From positions 210,001-242,000 of the forward strand of contig NC_002528.1 of NCBI RefSeq assembly GCF_000009605.1: 32,000 nucleotides of DNA, given 5' to 3'. This DNA comes from Buchnera aphidicola str. APS (Acyrthosiphon pisum). GTDB taxonomy: Bacteria > Pseudomonadota > Gammaproteobacteria > Enterobacterales > Enterobacteriaceae. This document shows, piece by piece, positions 1-11,454 of the stretch (position 1 is the first letter of the stretch; each line of letters begins with the position of its first letter). Made by a program: the position numbers and the translations under genes. The notes under the pieces are model-generated. The model worked only from the letters and a program-made list of their open reading frames with translations, did no database searches and was not told the DNA's origin.

Positions 1-1696
1 CATATTGTTCGGATAATAATTGACTAGATGTACAATCTACAATGACTGAGTTTGAAAAATGATTATTTTTTATTAGATTATTTAACAATTCTAAATTAAA
101 TTTTTGAGTTGATTTTTTAAAATCATTTTTCCAGTTAGATAAATCATTTGTATTGTCTAACAATAATATTTTTTTAGAATTTGCAATAGCACAAATTTTA
201 ATTTCTATATTTTTTTTATCTAAAAATTGTTTTTGTTTTAATATTTGGTTCAGTAATGTACTGCCAATTCCACCTATTCCTATTAAAAACATATGAATAG
301 TTTTTTTATTAAAAAACAATGTATTATGAACATGTTGAACAGCTTTTAAAATGTTTTCTTTTTTAATCACTAATGAAATAGAATGTTTCGAAGAACCTTG
401 TGAGATTGCAATGACGTTGATTTTTAAAGCGCCTAGAACAGAAAATATTTTTGACGCAATATTGTGTTTTTTATAGATATTCGATCCTACTATTGAGAGG
501 ATAGATAAATTTTTCTTTATTTTGAAGGGATTCAACAAACCATCTTTTAATTCTAGTTGAAATTCTTTATTGAATAAATATAAAATTTTATAAATATCAT
601 GTTCGTAAACACAGAAATTAATTTTATTTTCTGAAGATGATTGAGTAATTAATAATATTTTAATATTTCCTCTAGACATCATTGTAAATATACGTGAAAT
701 TACACTTCCTACATCTTTTATATGAGGTCCAGATATATTAAACATTGCTATTTCATCAAGATGAGTAACCCCTTTTAGGAAATCTTTTTCGGAACAGTTT
801 TGTTCGCAAATTAATGTTCCAATAGATTTAACATTATTTGTATTTTTAATTAAACATGGAATTTTAAATTGAGCAATTGGTTCAATAGTACGAGGGTGTA
901 GCACCTTAGCACCGAAATAAGACAGTTCCATTGCTTCTTGATATGATATTGATTTTAATAAACGAGCATTTGGAACTTTTCTTGGATCAGAAGTAAAAAC
1001 TCCGTCAACATCAGTCCAGATTTCACAACAATTCGCATCTAAACAAGCCGCTAACACCGCAGCTGAATAATCAGAACCATTTCGTCCTAATACCACTAAT
1101 TTTTTATCTTTATTTCCCGCAATAAAACCAGCCATTAAAATAATATTACTTTGATTAATATTCATGTTCTGAATATTTTTTTTAGATTCAGATATATCAA
1201 CAGTTGAATCAAGATAATTATCACCTATAGCAACTAAATTTTTAACAGGATTAATAATAGTTACATTATAATTTTTAGATTGTAATATACTTTTCATTAT
1301 GAAAACTGAAAGTATTTCTCCACGAGAAATTATAATTGCACGAATATTATCTGGACACTGTTTTAATAATAAAATCCCTTGTATGATATTTTTTAACTCA
1401 TTAAATTCTTTTTTTATAATTTTTTCTATTTCTTTATGAGGAAAATTAGATTGTATATTTAAAAAATTGTTTATTAGTTGCATAAATATATTTTCTGCAA
1501 GATGTACTGTTTCTAAAATTTGATTATTCTTAATAGTGTTTTCTATAATTTTTACTAGATAGTTAGTAATTTTAGCTGGTGCAGAAAGTACTACCGCAAT
1601 TTGATCTGTTTGAGTGTTTTCTTCAATAATACTAGATACAGATAAAAATTTTTCTGCATTAGCTAATGATGTACCACCAAATTTTAATAATTTCAT
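1..1696 (-). CDS. thrA: Bifunctional aspartokinase I / homoserine dehydrogenase I, N-terminal 565 codons (3' end outside window)
   Basis: Manual translation of the minus strand from ATG at 1696 gives an open frame to the window edge: [20 protein letters not shown]...[49 protein letters not shown]...[14 protein letters not shown]...[15 protein letters not shown]. It aligns along its length with E. coli ThrA. It is absent from the ORF track, probably because the stop lies outside the window. Confidence 0.97.
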   Translation of the reverse strand, partial: MKLLKFGGTSLANAEKFLSVSSIIEENTQTDQIAVVLSAPAKITNYLVKIIENTIKNNQILETVHLAENIFMQLINNFLNIQSNFPHKEIEKIIKKEFNELKNIIQGILLLKQCPDNIRAIIISRGEILSVFIMKSILQSKNYNVTIINPVKNLVAIGDNYLDSTVDISESKKNIQNMNINQSNIILMAGFIAGNKDKKLVVLGRNGSDYSAAVLAACLDANCCEIWTDVDGVFTSDPRKVPNARLLKSISYQEAMELSYFGAKVLHPRTIEPIAQFKIPCLIKNTNNVKSIGTLICEQNCSEKDFLKGVTHLDEIAMFNISGPHIKDVGSVISRIFTMMSRGNIKILLITQSSSENKINFCVYEHDIYKILYLFNKEFQLELKDGLLNPFKIKKNLSILSIVGSNIYKKHNIASKIFSVLGALKINVIAISQGSSKHSISLVIKKENILKAVQHVHNTLFFNKKTIHMFLIGIGGIGSTLLNQILKQKQFLDKKNIEIKICAIANSKKILLLDNTNDLSNWKNDFKKSTQKFNLELLNNLIKNNHFSNSVIVDCTSSQLLSEQY

Positions 1697-1724
1697 ATTT
1701 TATAATTCCTTATATTTATATCAC

Positions 1725-1757
1725 AAAAAAACCCGCCTTAAGTATGAGCAGGTTTTT
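1725..1757 (-). terminator. Rho-independent terminator-like hairpin in the thrA leader (possible attenuator)
   Basis: Minus strand reads AAAAACCTGC-TCATACTTAAG-GCGGGTTTTTTT. This is a 10-bp stem with one G.U pair (4 G-C pairs, the G.U and 5 A-U pairs), an 11-nt loop and a run of 7 U. The G.U pair exists only in the minus orientation, the direction of thrA. Confidence 0.75.
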
Positions 1758-2354
1758 AAAGATTATTTAAGCCTACATCATAACTAGTTATAATAATTAG
1801 AACAGCTATTCTAGTGAAGAGGCTGTAAATAGATGTCAATATTTTTTATAAATACGTAAAGTGTATTACCTAATTATATTAGGTAGTATCTTTTAATATA
1901 ATTTAATTATTAATTAAAAATATTTTTATTTATTTAGAATGCTGTAAAAGCGGTATTTTTGATTTTATCAAAAATCAGATGTGTTGATGTCTACAAAAAA
2001 ATATTACAATGACAAAATTAATTTGTTTATACTTAAAAAAGTATTATAGTATTTTTTTAAATTTCATATTTTATAATTAGGTATAAAAGAAATTATATTT
2101 TTATATAAAAAATATATATTTTCATTTTTTAAAATATTAAAAAGAACTGTTTTTTAAAAACTTTTTTAGATGCATTAATTTTTATAACATAATGATCATT
2201 ATTAGTGCAATAGTTAAAAAAATAAATATTTTATTTTTTATTGTATATTAGAAATTTATTTATTCAATAAATTGTGTATTTCTAATATAATATTATTATA
2301 TTTTTTTAAGTTTTTTCATATCATTTAATTCACACTAACTATTTAATTAATATT

Positions 2355-2855
2355 ATGAAACATACTCTTCAAGTGATCATCACTGAGAAAGAACTTGATA
2401 TTCGTGTTCGAGAATTGGGTCAAGAAATTACCAAGAAATATAGAAATAGCAGAAATAAAATGATACTAATAGCATTACTACGTGGTTCCTTTATATTTAT
2501 ATCAGATTTATGTCGTAGAATTCATATTGAACATGAAATAGATTTTATGACAACTTCTAGTTATGGGCGTGGGATGTTATCGAGTGGAGATGTAAAAATT
2601 ATTAAAGATTTAGATGAAGATATCTATAATAAAAATGTTTTAATCGTAGAAGATATTATTGATTCAGGAAAAACTCTAAGTAAAGTTTTAGATATTTTGA
2701 AACTTAGAAATCCAAAATCATTATCAATTTGCACTCTTTTAGATAAACCAGAGTGTCGCGAGGTTAATATTAACGTTGATTTTATAGGTTTTTCTATCTT
2801 AGAAAACTTTTTTATAGTAGGTTATGGTATTGATTATGCTCAATCTTATCGTTAA
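2355..2855 (+). CDS. hpt: Hypoxanthine phosphoribosyltransferase
   Basis: 166-aa ORF with PRPP-binding motif [14 protein letters not shown] and overall HPRT similarity. Confidence 0.95.
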
Positions 2856-2898
2856 CTTCCAAACATAGGAAAAGTAGTTTTTAAAAAATAAGTAAATT

Positions 2899-3756
2899 TT
2901 AATAATTTAAAATTATTTTTTTGTTATCAATTAAACGAGTATTTCCCAACCATACAGATGCTAGAAGAATAACTTTTTTGACTTTTTTAGATGGATGTTC
3001 TAAATTTTTATAATCGTATATGTCGAATATGTCAACAGAAAATCCTTTTTTTATTAATAATATTTTAGATTCATGAATAATTTTAGGTCTAATATTATCA
3101 TCTTCTTTTATAATTTTTTCACATGTTTTTTTTATGATTTTATATAAATAAGGTGCTATTTCATTTTCTTGGGAACTTAAATAATTATTTCTTGAACTTA
3201 AAGCTAATCCATTTTTTAGTCGTATTGTAGGTAAGCTAATTATTTTTATCATATAATTCAACTCCTTTACAAGGATTTTTATAATTAATAATTGTTGATA
3301 ATCTTTTTCTCCAAAAAATGCAAAATCTGGTTGTATAAAGTTAAATAACTTAGTAATAATTGTCGTAACGCCTCTAAAGTGTCCAGGTCGTGATTGACCT
3401 TCTAAAATTTTAGATAATTTGATAACCTCAACAAATGTTTGATGTTCTATGCCATTCGGGTATATTTCATTTATATGAGGAAAAAAAAGGATATCTACGT
3501 GGTATTTTTTTAATATTATAGAATCTTTCATAAAAGTTTTAGGGTAATTTTTCAGGTCTGATAAATTATCAAATTGCATTGGATTAATAAAAATACTTAC
3601 TATAATGATATCCGAATATTTTTTTGCTAATAGTATTAATTTTATATGACCATCATGTAAATTACCCATTGTAGGAACTAGTCCTATTTTTTTATTTGAT
3701 TTTTTAAGAATTTTTATTTCTTTATATAGTACTTTTATTGTTTTTATAATATGCAT
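2899..3756 (-). CDS. panC: Pantothenate synthetase (pantoate-beta-alanine ligase)
   Basis: 285-aa ORF with LVPTMGNLHDGH, FGEKDYQQL, GLALSSRNNYLS. Confidence 0.97.
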   Translation of the reverse strand: MHIIKTIKVLYKEIKILKKSNKKIGLVPTMGNLHDGHIKLILLAKKYSDIIIVSIFINPMQFDNLSDLKNYPKTFMKDSIILKKYHVDILFFPHINEIYPNGIEHQTFVEVIKLSKILEGQSRPGHFRGVTTIITKLFNFIQPDFAFFGEKDYQQLLIIKILVKELNYMIKIISLPTIRLKNGLALSSRNNYLSSQENEIAPYLYKIIKKTCEKIIKEDDNIRPKIIHESKILLIKKGFSVDIFDIYDYKNLEHPSKKVKKVILLASVWLGNTRLIDNKKIILNY

Positions 3757-3770
3757 ATTTACTCCATTTT

Positions 3771-4562
3771 TTAAAAACTATGTTTTTTGCTAGGATAAAT
3801 ACTATGTTCCACTTCATATATATACTTTTGAATTGCTTTTTGAATGCTATCGCTCTCTGAGAGAAAATTTTTTGTAAAACTAGGTGTTTTTCCTTCAGTA
3901 ATACCTAATAAGTCATGCATCACAAGAATTTGTCCATCAGTATTTTTACCTGATCCTATTCCAATAACTGGAATTGATAAACTTTCAGTAATCTTTTTTG
4001 CTAGTTTTTCTGGAATACATTCTAATATAAGCATATTAATTCCAGATTCTTCTAATAATAATGCTTCATCTATTAATTTATTAGCGTCATTTTCTTTTCG
4101 TCCTTGAACTTTATAGCCACCTAAATAATGAAAAGATTGAGGTATTAAACCAATATGACCGCAAATTAATATTAATCTATTAGATAGTTCTCTAATAATT
4201 TCAATTAGCCATTTTCCACCTTCCATTTTTATCATATTTGCACCAGATCTTATAATTTTTGCTGTGTTTTTAAGAGCCTGTTTAGTGTCATAATAAGACA
4301 TAAAAGGTAAATCAGATATTAAGAACGTATTAGGAGCTCCTTTTCTGACAGCTTTTGTATGATATGCAATATCTTCAATCTTCACTGGTAAAGTAGAAGT
4401 GTGACCTTGTATAGTCATTCCAAGAGAGTCTCCTATAAGTATGACAGGAATGCCACAATTAGAAAACAATCTAGAAAAACTAAAATCATAAGCTGTAATA
4501 GCTGCAAATTTTTTTTTATTTATTTTCCAATTCTTTAATTGAGAGATTGTAATGGACTCCAT
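3771..4562 (-). CDS. panB: 3-methyl-2-oxobutanoate hydroxymethyltransferase
   Basis: 263-aa ORF with [35 protein letters not shown]-like [15 protein letters not shown]. Ends 14 bp before panC. Confidence 0.97.
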   Translation of the reverse strand: MESITISQLKNWKINKKKFAAITAYDFSFSRLFSNCGIPVILIGDSLGMTIQGHTSTLPVKIEDIAYHTKAVRKGAPNTFLISDLPFMSYYDTKQALKNTAKIIRSGANMIKMEGGKWLIEIIRELSNRLILICGHIGLIPQSFHYLGGYKVQGRKENDANKLIDEALLLEESGINMLILECIPEKLAKKITESLSIPVIGIGSGKNTDGQILVMHDLLGITEGKTPSFTKNFLSESDSIQKAIQKYIYEVEHSIYPSKKHSF

Positions 4563-4611
4563 GTTAGCTCCGTTTAATGATATTATTATTATAATGTATG
4601 TGAAATTAATA

Positions 4612-4653
4612 AAGGATATCCGAATTAGTTTTTCAAATTAGTCGAATATCCTT
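4612..4653 (-). terminator. Intercistronic hairpin downstream of dksA (terminator-like or processing stem)
   Basis: Minus strand AAGGATATTCGA...TCGGATATCCTT forms 12 contiguous pairs with one G.U, followed by TTTATTAATTT. Only a weak U-run. Confidence 0.5.
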
Positions 4654-4677
4654 GTTTAAATGTTTTAATCTATAAAA

Positions 4678-5133
4678 CTAACCAGTCATTTGTTTTTCTC
4701 TAATTTCTGCTAACGTTTTACAATCAATACATAGATCGGCAGTAGGTCTAGCTTCTAAACGACGAATTCCAATTTCAACACTACAGGAGTTACAGTAGCC
4801 AAAATCTTTTTCTTTGATTTTTTTTAAAGTTATCTCAATTTTTTTAATTAATTTTCGACTACGATCACGATTTCGCAAATCTAAACTAAATTCTTCTTCT
4901 TGTGTAGCACGATCAATAGGATCTGGAAAATTTGTCGCGTTATCTTGTATATAGAGTAGAGTATGGTTAATTTCATCTTGTAATTGAGTTTTCCATGTCT
5001 CAAGAATTTTATAAAAATGCAGTATTTGATCTTTATTCATGTATTCTTCATCTATTTTTTTTTGATAAGGTTGCAAACCAGCAATAGAAAGAACATTTAA
5101 AGATGATGTTTTTTTGTTTTTTTCTTTTTCCAT
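4678..5133 (-). CDS. dksA: RNA polymerase-binding transcription factor DksA
   Basis: 151-aa ORF with [26 protein letters not shown] and the zinc finger CNSC...[17 protein letters not shown]. Confidence 0.98.
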   Translation of the reverse strand: MEKEKNKKTSSLNVLSIAGLQPYQKKIDEEYMNKDQILHFYKILETWKTQLQDEINHTLLYIQDNATNFPDPIDRATQEEEFSLDLRNRDRSRKLIKKIEITLKKIKEKDFGYCNSCSVEIGIRRLEARPTADLCIDCKTLAEIREKQMTG

Positions 5134-5389
5134 AGCTCTCTCCGAAGATAATATTTTTACTAAATATCAAATATAAAGAAAAATTTTAAATAAAATATTT
5201 TTTTTAAAGTATATTAAAAATATAATTTTCTTATTTTATTTGTAAAGAAATTATTATAATAAACTATGTTAACATAAAATATAATTAAATATTTTTTTAT
5301 ATAATTCTATTTATTTATCAAGTCATAAACAGTTCTTTTTGAGAATAAATTCATTATTTTATCAATATTCATAATAGGGTTCTTTTTAA

Positions 5390-6190
5390 ATGGTGGCAAA
5401 AAATGTTAAAACATTTGCTTTAGGAGTTGAATATGATGGTAGTTATTACCATGGATGGCAACGTCAAAAAATTTTACCTAGTATTCAAGAAGAAATCGAA
5501 AAAGCTTTATCTATAATTGCTAATCATAAGATTGATGTAGTGTGTGCAGGTAGAACTGATGCTGGTGTTCATAGTATAGGACAAGTGATACACTTTAAAA
5601 CTACAGCTAATAGAAAAAAATCTTCTTGGTCGATAGGTGTAAATAGTTATCTTTCTGAAAATATTTCTGTTGTATGGGTAAAAGAAGTTACAGAAAATTT
5701 TCATGCTCGTTATAGTGCTATTACACGTTCTTATCGTTATATAATATATAATTATAGTCTTCGTTCTGCTATTTTTCAAACAAAATTAAATCATATTTAT
5801 AGAAAACTAAATGTAGACAAAATGAATTTTGAAGCTCAATTTTTATTAGGAGAGCATGATTTTACATCTTTTAGAGCACTCGGTTGTCAATCACATTCTC
5901 CTTGGAGAAATATTACAAAATTAAATGTATTTCGTTTTCATAACTGGGTAGTCGTGGATATTACTGCTAATTCTTTTTTACATCATATGGTGCGTAATAT
6001 TGTTGGTTCCTTAATTGAAGTGGGAATATCTAAAAAAAAAGAATATTGGATAAAAGATTTATTGGAAAAAAAAGATAGGAGTCACGCAGGAGCCACTGCA
6101 CCAGCTAAAGGTTTGTATTTAGTATATGTAGAATATCCCTTACATTTTAATTTACCGAGATCAGCATATACTTCTATTTTCTTTAAATAA
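5390..6190 (+). CDS. truA: tRNA pseudouridine(38-40) synthase
   Basis: 266-aa ORF with [12 protein letters not shown], the catalytic-Asp motif [15 protein letters not shown], and [11 protein letters not shown]. Confidence 0.96.
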   Translation: MVAKNVKTFALGVEYDGSYYHGWQRQKILPSIQEEIEKALSIIANHKIDVVCAGRTDAGVHSIGQVIHFKTTANRKKSSWSIGVNSYLSENISVVWVKEVTENFHARYSAITRSYRYIIYNYSLRSAIFQTKLNHIYRKLNVDKMNFEAQFLLGEHDFTSFRALGCQSHSPWRNITKLNVFRFHNWVVVDITANSFLHHMVRNIVGSLIEVGISKKKEYWIKDLLEKKDRSHAGATAPAKGLYLVYVEYPLHFNLPRSAYTSIFFK

Positions 6191-6258
6191 AAAAATTAAA
6201 ATTATTTTTTATTTATTAATTTTTAGAAAAATATTTTCGATAAAATTTCAGGGGTTTA

Positions 6259-8544
6259 TTGATGTTTTTTAATTTTAAAAAATATTTTCTTATAAAAGTA
6301 TTTTTTTTTGTATTAATTTTAACGCTTTGTTATGGGTTATATTTATACGTTAAGATAAATCGATTCATAAATGGAAAAGTATGGAATTTTCCCACTTCAA
6401 TATATGGACGTATAGTTAATTTAGAACCAGGAAATTCATATTCTCAAAAAGAAGTATTACACTTGTTGAAAAGCACAATGTATAGAAAAGTAGATTTAGT
6501 TATGTTGCCAGGAGAATACAGTATAAAAAATAATACTATAGAATTTATACGACGTGCTTTTGATTTTCCTGATATACGAGAAGATGAATTTCATGCGCGA
6601 TTGTATTTTAATAAAGATACTTTAGTAAAAATTAAAAACATTGACAACAATCATGATTTTAGTTTTTTTCGTTTAGAGCCCAAACTAATTGCTATGTTAA
6701 AATCTCCTGAAGCAAAAAAACGAATGTTTATTCCTCGCAATCAATACCCGGAAATGTTAGTTAAAACATTACTAGCTATTGAAGATAAGTATTTTTATGA
6801 GCATGATGGAATTCACTTATCATCTATAGGTCGAGCTTTTTTAGTAAATCTAATGGCTGGCCGCACAATTCAAGGTGGTAGTACTCTCACTCAACAACTT
6901 ATAAAAAATTTATTTTTAACCAATACTCGTTCAATATTACGAAAAATAAATGAAATCTATATGGCTTTAATTTTAGATAGATTTTATACAAAAGATCGAA
7001 TTTTAGAATTGTATTTAAATGAAGTTTATTTAGGACAAGATGGTGATGAACAAATTAGAGGTTTTCCTCTTGCTAGTATTTATTATTTTGGTAGACCAAT
7101 AAATGAATTGAATTTAGAACAATATGCTTTATTAGTTGGTATGGTCAAAGGTGCCTCTTTATATAGTCCTTGGACTAATCCTAATCTTGCATTAAAAAGA
7201 AGAAATTTGGTTTTATTTTTATTGTATAAACAAAAATATATTACAAGAAAAATTTATAAAGATTTATGTAAACGATCTTTAAATGTTCAGCCTAAAGGGA
7301 ATATTATTTCATCTCATCCTTCTTTTATACAACTTGTATGTGAAGAATTTCACAAAAAAATTTATAATCCTATTAAAAATTTTCCGGGAACAAAGATATT
7401 TACTACTCTTGATTATACTTCACAAAATGCAGTAGAACAAGCAGTAAAAATCGAAATACCTATATTAAAAAGAAAAAAAAGACTAAAGGATTTAGAAGTT
7501 GCTATGATCGTTATAGATAGATTTACAGGAGAAGTTCAAGCTCTTATTGGCAGTTCTAAACCAGAATTTAATGGTTACAATCGTGCTTTAAAAACTCGGC
7601 GTTCTATTGGTTCATTATCTAAACCTATAACATACTTAACTGCTTTATCACAACCAGAGAAATATCATTTAAATACTTGGATTTCTAATTATCCTCTTTC
7701 GATTAAATTAGATAGTGGTCAATATTGGACACCAAAAAATAATAATTTTTCTTTTAGTAAAAAAGTGCTCTTGTTAGACGCATTAATTCATTCAATTAAT
7801 ATTCCCACAGTTAATCTCAGTATAAATATAGGTTTGAAAAAATTAGTTGATAGCTGGTTGCTTTTAGGCATTTCTAAAAAATACATTACTCCTCTGCCAT
7901 CAATATCTTTAGGTGCTATCAATTTAACACCTTTTGAAATAGCACAAGTTTTTCAAATAATTGGAAGTGGTGGTTATAAGTCGTCTTTATCATCAGTAAG
8001 ATCAATTATATCTGATGATGGTAAAGTGCTTTATCAGAATTTGCCTCAATCAATACATATAGAATCTTCTGAAGCTTCTTATTTAACACTATACGGTATG
8101 CAACAAGTAGTTAAGAGTGGAACTGCAAAATCATTAGGAACCATTTTTAAAGAATTTTCTTTAGCTGGAAAAACTGGTACTACAAATAATTTAGTTGATA
8201 ATTGGTTTGTCGGAATTGACGGGAAACAAATTGTCATTACTTGGATAGGAAGAGATAATAACCACACAACAAGATTATATAGTTCTTCTGGTGCAATGCA
8301 AATTTACAAGAGATACCTTCAATATCAGCGTCCAGTACCACTAGTATTAAAAGCTCCAAACAATATTAATATGTTTTATATTAACAATCTAGGAGAATTA
8401 TTTTGTAAAAAAAATAATCAGCACAATCGAATGCTACCAATATGGTCGATAAAAAATAAAAAAATTTGTAATGATAAATTATCAGAACGTTTTTCCATAA
8501 AAAAGAAAAAAAATTTTTTGTTTTGGTTGAAAAACTTGTTTTAA
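6259..8544 (+). CDS. mrcB: Bifunctional penicillin-binding protein 1B (transglycosylase/transpeptidase)
   Basis: 761-aa ORF with transglycosylase motif EDKYFYEHDGI, GGSTLTQQLIKN, transpeptidase SxxK in RSIGSLSKP and AGKTGTTNN. The track start is TTG at 6259. The ATG at 6262, preceded by AGGGG, is a likely alternative start. Confidence 0.95.
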   Translation: MMFFNFKKYFLIKVFFFVLILTLCYGLYLYVKINRFINGKVWNFPTSIYGRIVNLEPGNSYSQKEVLHLLKSTMYRKVDLVMLPGEYSIKNNTIEFIRRAFDFPDIREDEFHARLYFNKDTLVKIKNIDNNHDFSFFRLEPKLIAMLKSPEAKKRMFIPRNQYPEMLVKTLLAIEDKYFYEHDGIHLSSIGRAFLVNLMAGRTIQGGSTLTQQLIKNLFLTNTRSILRKINEIYMALILDRFYTKDRILELYLNEVYLGQDGDEQIRGFPLASIYYFGRPINELNLEQYALLVGMVKGASLYSPWTNPNLALKRRNLVLFLLYKQKYITRKIYKDLCKRSLNVQPKGNIISSHPSFIQLVCEEFHKKIYNPIKNFPGTKIFTTLDYTSQNAVEQAVKIEIPILKRKKRLKDLEVAMIVIDRFTGEVQALIGSSKPEFNGYNRALKTRRSIGSLSKPITYLTALSQPEKYHLNTWISNYPLSIKLDSGQYWTPKNNNFSFSKKVLLLDALIHSINIPTVNLSINIGLKKLVDSWLLLGISKKYITPLPSISLGAINLTPFEIAQVFQIIGSGGYKSSLSSVRSIISDDGKVLYQNLPQSIHIESSEASYLTLYGMQQVVKSGTAKSLGTIFKEFSLAGKTGTTNNLVDNWFVGIDGKQIVITWIGRDNNHTTRLYSSSGAMQIYKRYLQYQRPVPLVLKAPNNINMFYINNLGELFCKKNNQHNRMLPIWSIKNKKICNDKLSERFSIKKKKNFLFWLKNLF

Positions 8545-8773
8545 AATAAAAAATAAAATTTTTATTCAAGAGAGATGGTATAAATCTATATTAAAACTTA
8601 AATTCTATTTAACTATCTATTATCAATATTTATTTTAGAGTATTTTATTAAATTGAATTTTTAGTTATGTTTTGCATTAATTAAAATAGAATCATTAATC
8701 AGTTCATTTGAATAATAATAAAAAATTTTTAACTTTTACTTAATTTGAAAAATTTTAATGTGAGAATTTATAC

Positions 8774-11401
8774 ATGTTAATTCAATTTTTAACTAAAATA
8801 TTTAGTAACCATAATAATCGAATTTTAAAAAAGTTCAAAAAAATAGTTTTATCTGTCAATAAATTAGAAAAAAACTTTGAAAAGTTATCAGATAAAGAAT
8901 TACAAGCACAAACAGAACTGTTTCGTTTACGATTAAGAAATGGTGAAACTTTAGATGATATATTACCAGAAGCGTTTGCTTTAGTCAGAGAAGCGAGTAA
9001 ACGTGTTTTTAGCATGCGTCATTTTGATGTTCAAATTCTTGGCGGAATTGCTTTGAACAAACAATGTATTGCAGAAATGCGTACAGGTGAAGGAAAAACT
9101 CTAACATCCACATTGCCGGCTTATTTAAATGCATTAAATGGAAAGGGTGTACACATAGTAACCATGAATGATTATTTAGCTCGTAGAGATGCTGAAAAAA
9201 ATACTCCTTTATTTGAATTTTTGGGTTTAACAGTAGGTTTAAACTTATCCGAAATGTCTTTTTTTTCTAAACGTAAAGCTTATTTATCTGATATCACTTA
9301 TGGTACAAATAACGAATATGGTTTTGATTATTTACGTGATAATATGGTTTTTTCTCCTGAAGAAAGAGTACAAAGAAAATTAAATTATGCTTTAGTTGAT
9401 GAAGTAGACTCGATTTTAATAGATGAAGCTAGAACACCTTTAATTATTTCAGGACCCTCAGAAGATAGTTCTGAATTATATAAAGAAATTAATAAAATTG
9501 TTCCTTTTTTAAATTCTCAAAAAAAAGAAGATTCAGATATTTTTTGTGGAACAGGAGATTTTTCTATTGATGAAAAATCAAAACAAATCTATTTAACAGA
9601 AAGAGGATTGATTAAAGTTGAGAAAATATTATTTGATAAAAAATTAATGAATACAGGTGAATCATTATATTCTTCAAATAATATAATATTAATGCATCAT
9701 GTATTATCTGCACTGCGTGCGCATAAATTATTTGTTCGAAATGTTGATTATCTTGTAAAAGATAATAGTGTGATTATTGTTGATGAACATACAGGTCGCA
9801 CTATGCCAGGAAGAAGATGGTCAGATGGATTACATCAAGCAATAGAAGCAAAAGAGAATGTTTCTATAAAAAATGAAAATCAAACTTTAGCATCTATTAC
9901 TTTTCAAAATTATTTTCGTTTATATGAAAAAATAGCAGGTATGACGGGTACTGCTGAAACTGAATCGTTTGAGTTTAACTCTATTTATAATCTTGATACT
10001 ATTGTAATACCAACAAATAGAAAAATGATACGTAAAGATTTTCCAGACTTAGTATATATGACTGAAAAAGAAAAAATCAATGCTATTATTCAAGATATAC
10101 AAAAATGTATAAAATTAAATCAACCTGTTCTAGTTGGAACTGTATCTATTGAGAAGTCAGAAATTATTTCTAAAGAATTGTTAAAATTAAATATTAATCA
10201 CAATGTTTTAAATGCTAAGTTTCATGCTAAGGAAGCTGAAATTATAGCACAAGCAGGTAAACCTGGATCAATTACCATTGCTACTAATATGGCGGGTAGA
10301 GGTACAGATATAGTTCTTGGTGGTAATTTAGAAGTTGAATTAAATAAATATAAAAATATAACTTCAAGGAAAATTGAAGAAATTAAAAAAAAATGGCAAT
10401 CAGAACATGATTTAGTTGTTTCTGCTGGAGGACTACATATAATTGGCACCGAACGCCACGAATCACGCCGTATTGATAATCAATTAAGAGGGCGTTCTGG
10501 TCGTCAAGGAGATACTGGTTCTTCTCGTTTTTATCTTTCTATGGAAGACTCATTAATGCGAATTTTTGCGTCTGATAAAATTGTTCATATGATGAAAAAA
10601 TTAGGATTAGCTTTTAATGAAGCAATCGAGCATTCCTGGGTAACAAAAGCAATAGAAAACGCTCAAAAAAAAGTAGAAAATCGAAATTTTGATATTAGAA
10701 AACAGCTACTAGAATACGATGATGTTATTAATGAACAACGTAGTGCAATTTATTCTCAACGTAACAAATTAATTGATGCAAGAGATATAAAATTAATGAT
10801 TTATGATATTTTCAAAGATGTTTTAAAAAAAAACATTATTTTATATATACCTAAAAATACATTTCACGACAAATGGAATATTACTGATTTAAAAGATAAA
10901 TTAAATATAGATTTTTATTTAAATGCGCCTATTTTAGATTGGATAAATATAGAACCAAATTTAACAGATAAAAAAATTATAAAAAGAATAATTGATTTTG
11001 CTAGAATTAATTATAAAAATAAAGAAATATTAATTGGTTCAAACAATATGCGTATCATAGAAAAAATTATTATGTTGCAAACATTAGATTCACTTTGGAA
11101 AGAGCATTTAGCAGCTGTAGACTATCTCAGACAAGGTATTCATTTACGCGGTTATGCTCAAAAAGATCCGAAACAAGAATATAAACGAGAATCTTTTAAT
11201 ATGTTTTCTAGCATGTTAGAATTATTGAAATTTGAAGTAGTTTCATTTCTTAGTAGAATTAATTCATCTTATGCAAAAAAATATATAGATTTAAATAAAC
11301 ATTTAGTAATAACTCATAATAATACTATGAAAATTAGCAGAAATTCACCTTGTTTATGTGGTTCAGGGAAAAAATACAAGTATTGTCATGGTAGTTTGTA
11401 A
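8774..11401 (+). CDS. secA: Preprotein translocase ATPase SecA
   Basis: 875-aa ORF with Walker [47 protein letters not shown], and C-terminal zinc motif [14 protein letters not shown]. Confidence 0.98.
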   Translation: MLIQFLTKIFSNHNNRILKKFKKIVLSVNKLEKNFEKLSDKELQAQTELFRLRLRNGETLDDILPEAFALVREASKRVFSMRHFDVQILGGIALNKQCIAEMRTGEGKTLTSTLPAYLNALNGKGVHIVTMNDYLARRDAEKNTPLFEFLGLTVGLNLSEMSFFSKRKAYLSDITYGTNNEYGFDYLRDNMVFSPEERVQRKLNYALVDEVDSILIDEARTPLIISGPSEDSSELYKEINKIVPFLNSQKKEDSDIFCGTGDFSIDEKSKQIYLTERGLIKVEKILFDKKLMNTGESLYSSNNIILMHHVLSALRAHKLFVRNVDYLVKDNSVIIVDEHTGRTMPGRRWSDGLHQAIEAKENVSIKNENQTLASITFQNYFRLYEKIAGMTGTAETESFEFNSIYNLDTIVIPTNRKMIRKDFPDLVYMTEKEKINAIIQDIQKCIKLNQPVLVGTVSIEKSEIISKELLKLNINHNVLNAKFHAKEAEIIAQAGKPGSITIATNMAGRGTDIVLGGNLEVELNKYKNITSRKIEEIKKKWQSEHDLVVSAGGLHIIGTERHESRRIDNQLRGRSGRQGDTGSSRFYLSMEDSLMRIFASDKIVHMMKKLGLAFNEAIEHSWVTKAIENAQKKVENRNFDIRKQLLEYDDVINEQRSAIYSQRNKLIDARDIKLMIYDIFKDVLKKNIILYIPKNTFHDKWNITDLKDKLNIDFYLNAPILDWINIEPNLTDKKIIKRIIDFARINYKNKEILIGSNNMRIIEKIIMLQTLDSLWKEHLAAVDYLRQGIHLRGYAQKDPKQEYKRESFNMFSSMLELLKFEVVSFLSRINSSYAKKYIDLNKHLVITHNNTMKISRNSPCLCGSGKKYKYCHGSL

Positions 11402-11454
11402 CTATTAATTTTTTTTATAAAACAAGAAAATCTTTTTTATAAAGGATAGACTCT

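Noticed and set aside
1834-1839. TTGACA as a strong -35 promoter element for thrA
   Set aside because: A perfect -35 hexamer, but no good -10 lies 16-18 nt downstream. It also overlaps the candidate leader start codon. Not called as a promoter, though it remains a possible explanation that would weaken the attenuator model.
3844-4107. Plus-strand ORF of 87 aa
   Set aside because: Antisense shadow ORF lying entirely within panB; no recognisable motifs.
5507-5779. Minus-strand ORF of 90 aa
   Set aside because: Antisense to truA with low-complexity Ile/Thr composition.
8079-8569. Two minus-strand ORFs of 62 aa each
   Set aside because: Antisense to the 3' part of mrcB, no motifs.
10222-10449. 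Minus-strand ORF of 75 aa ([15 protein letters not shown]...)
   Set aside because: Antisense to conserved secA sequence; its apparent complexity mirrors the GGxGTD region of secA.
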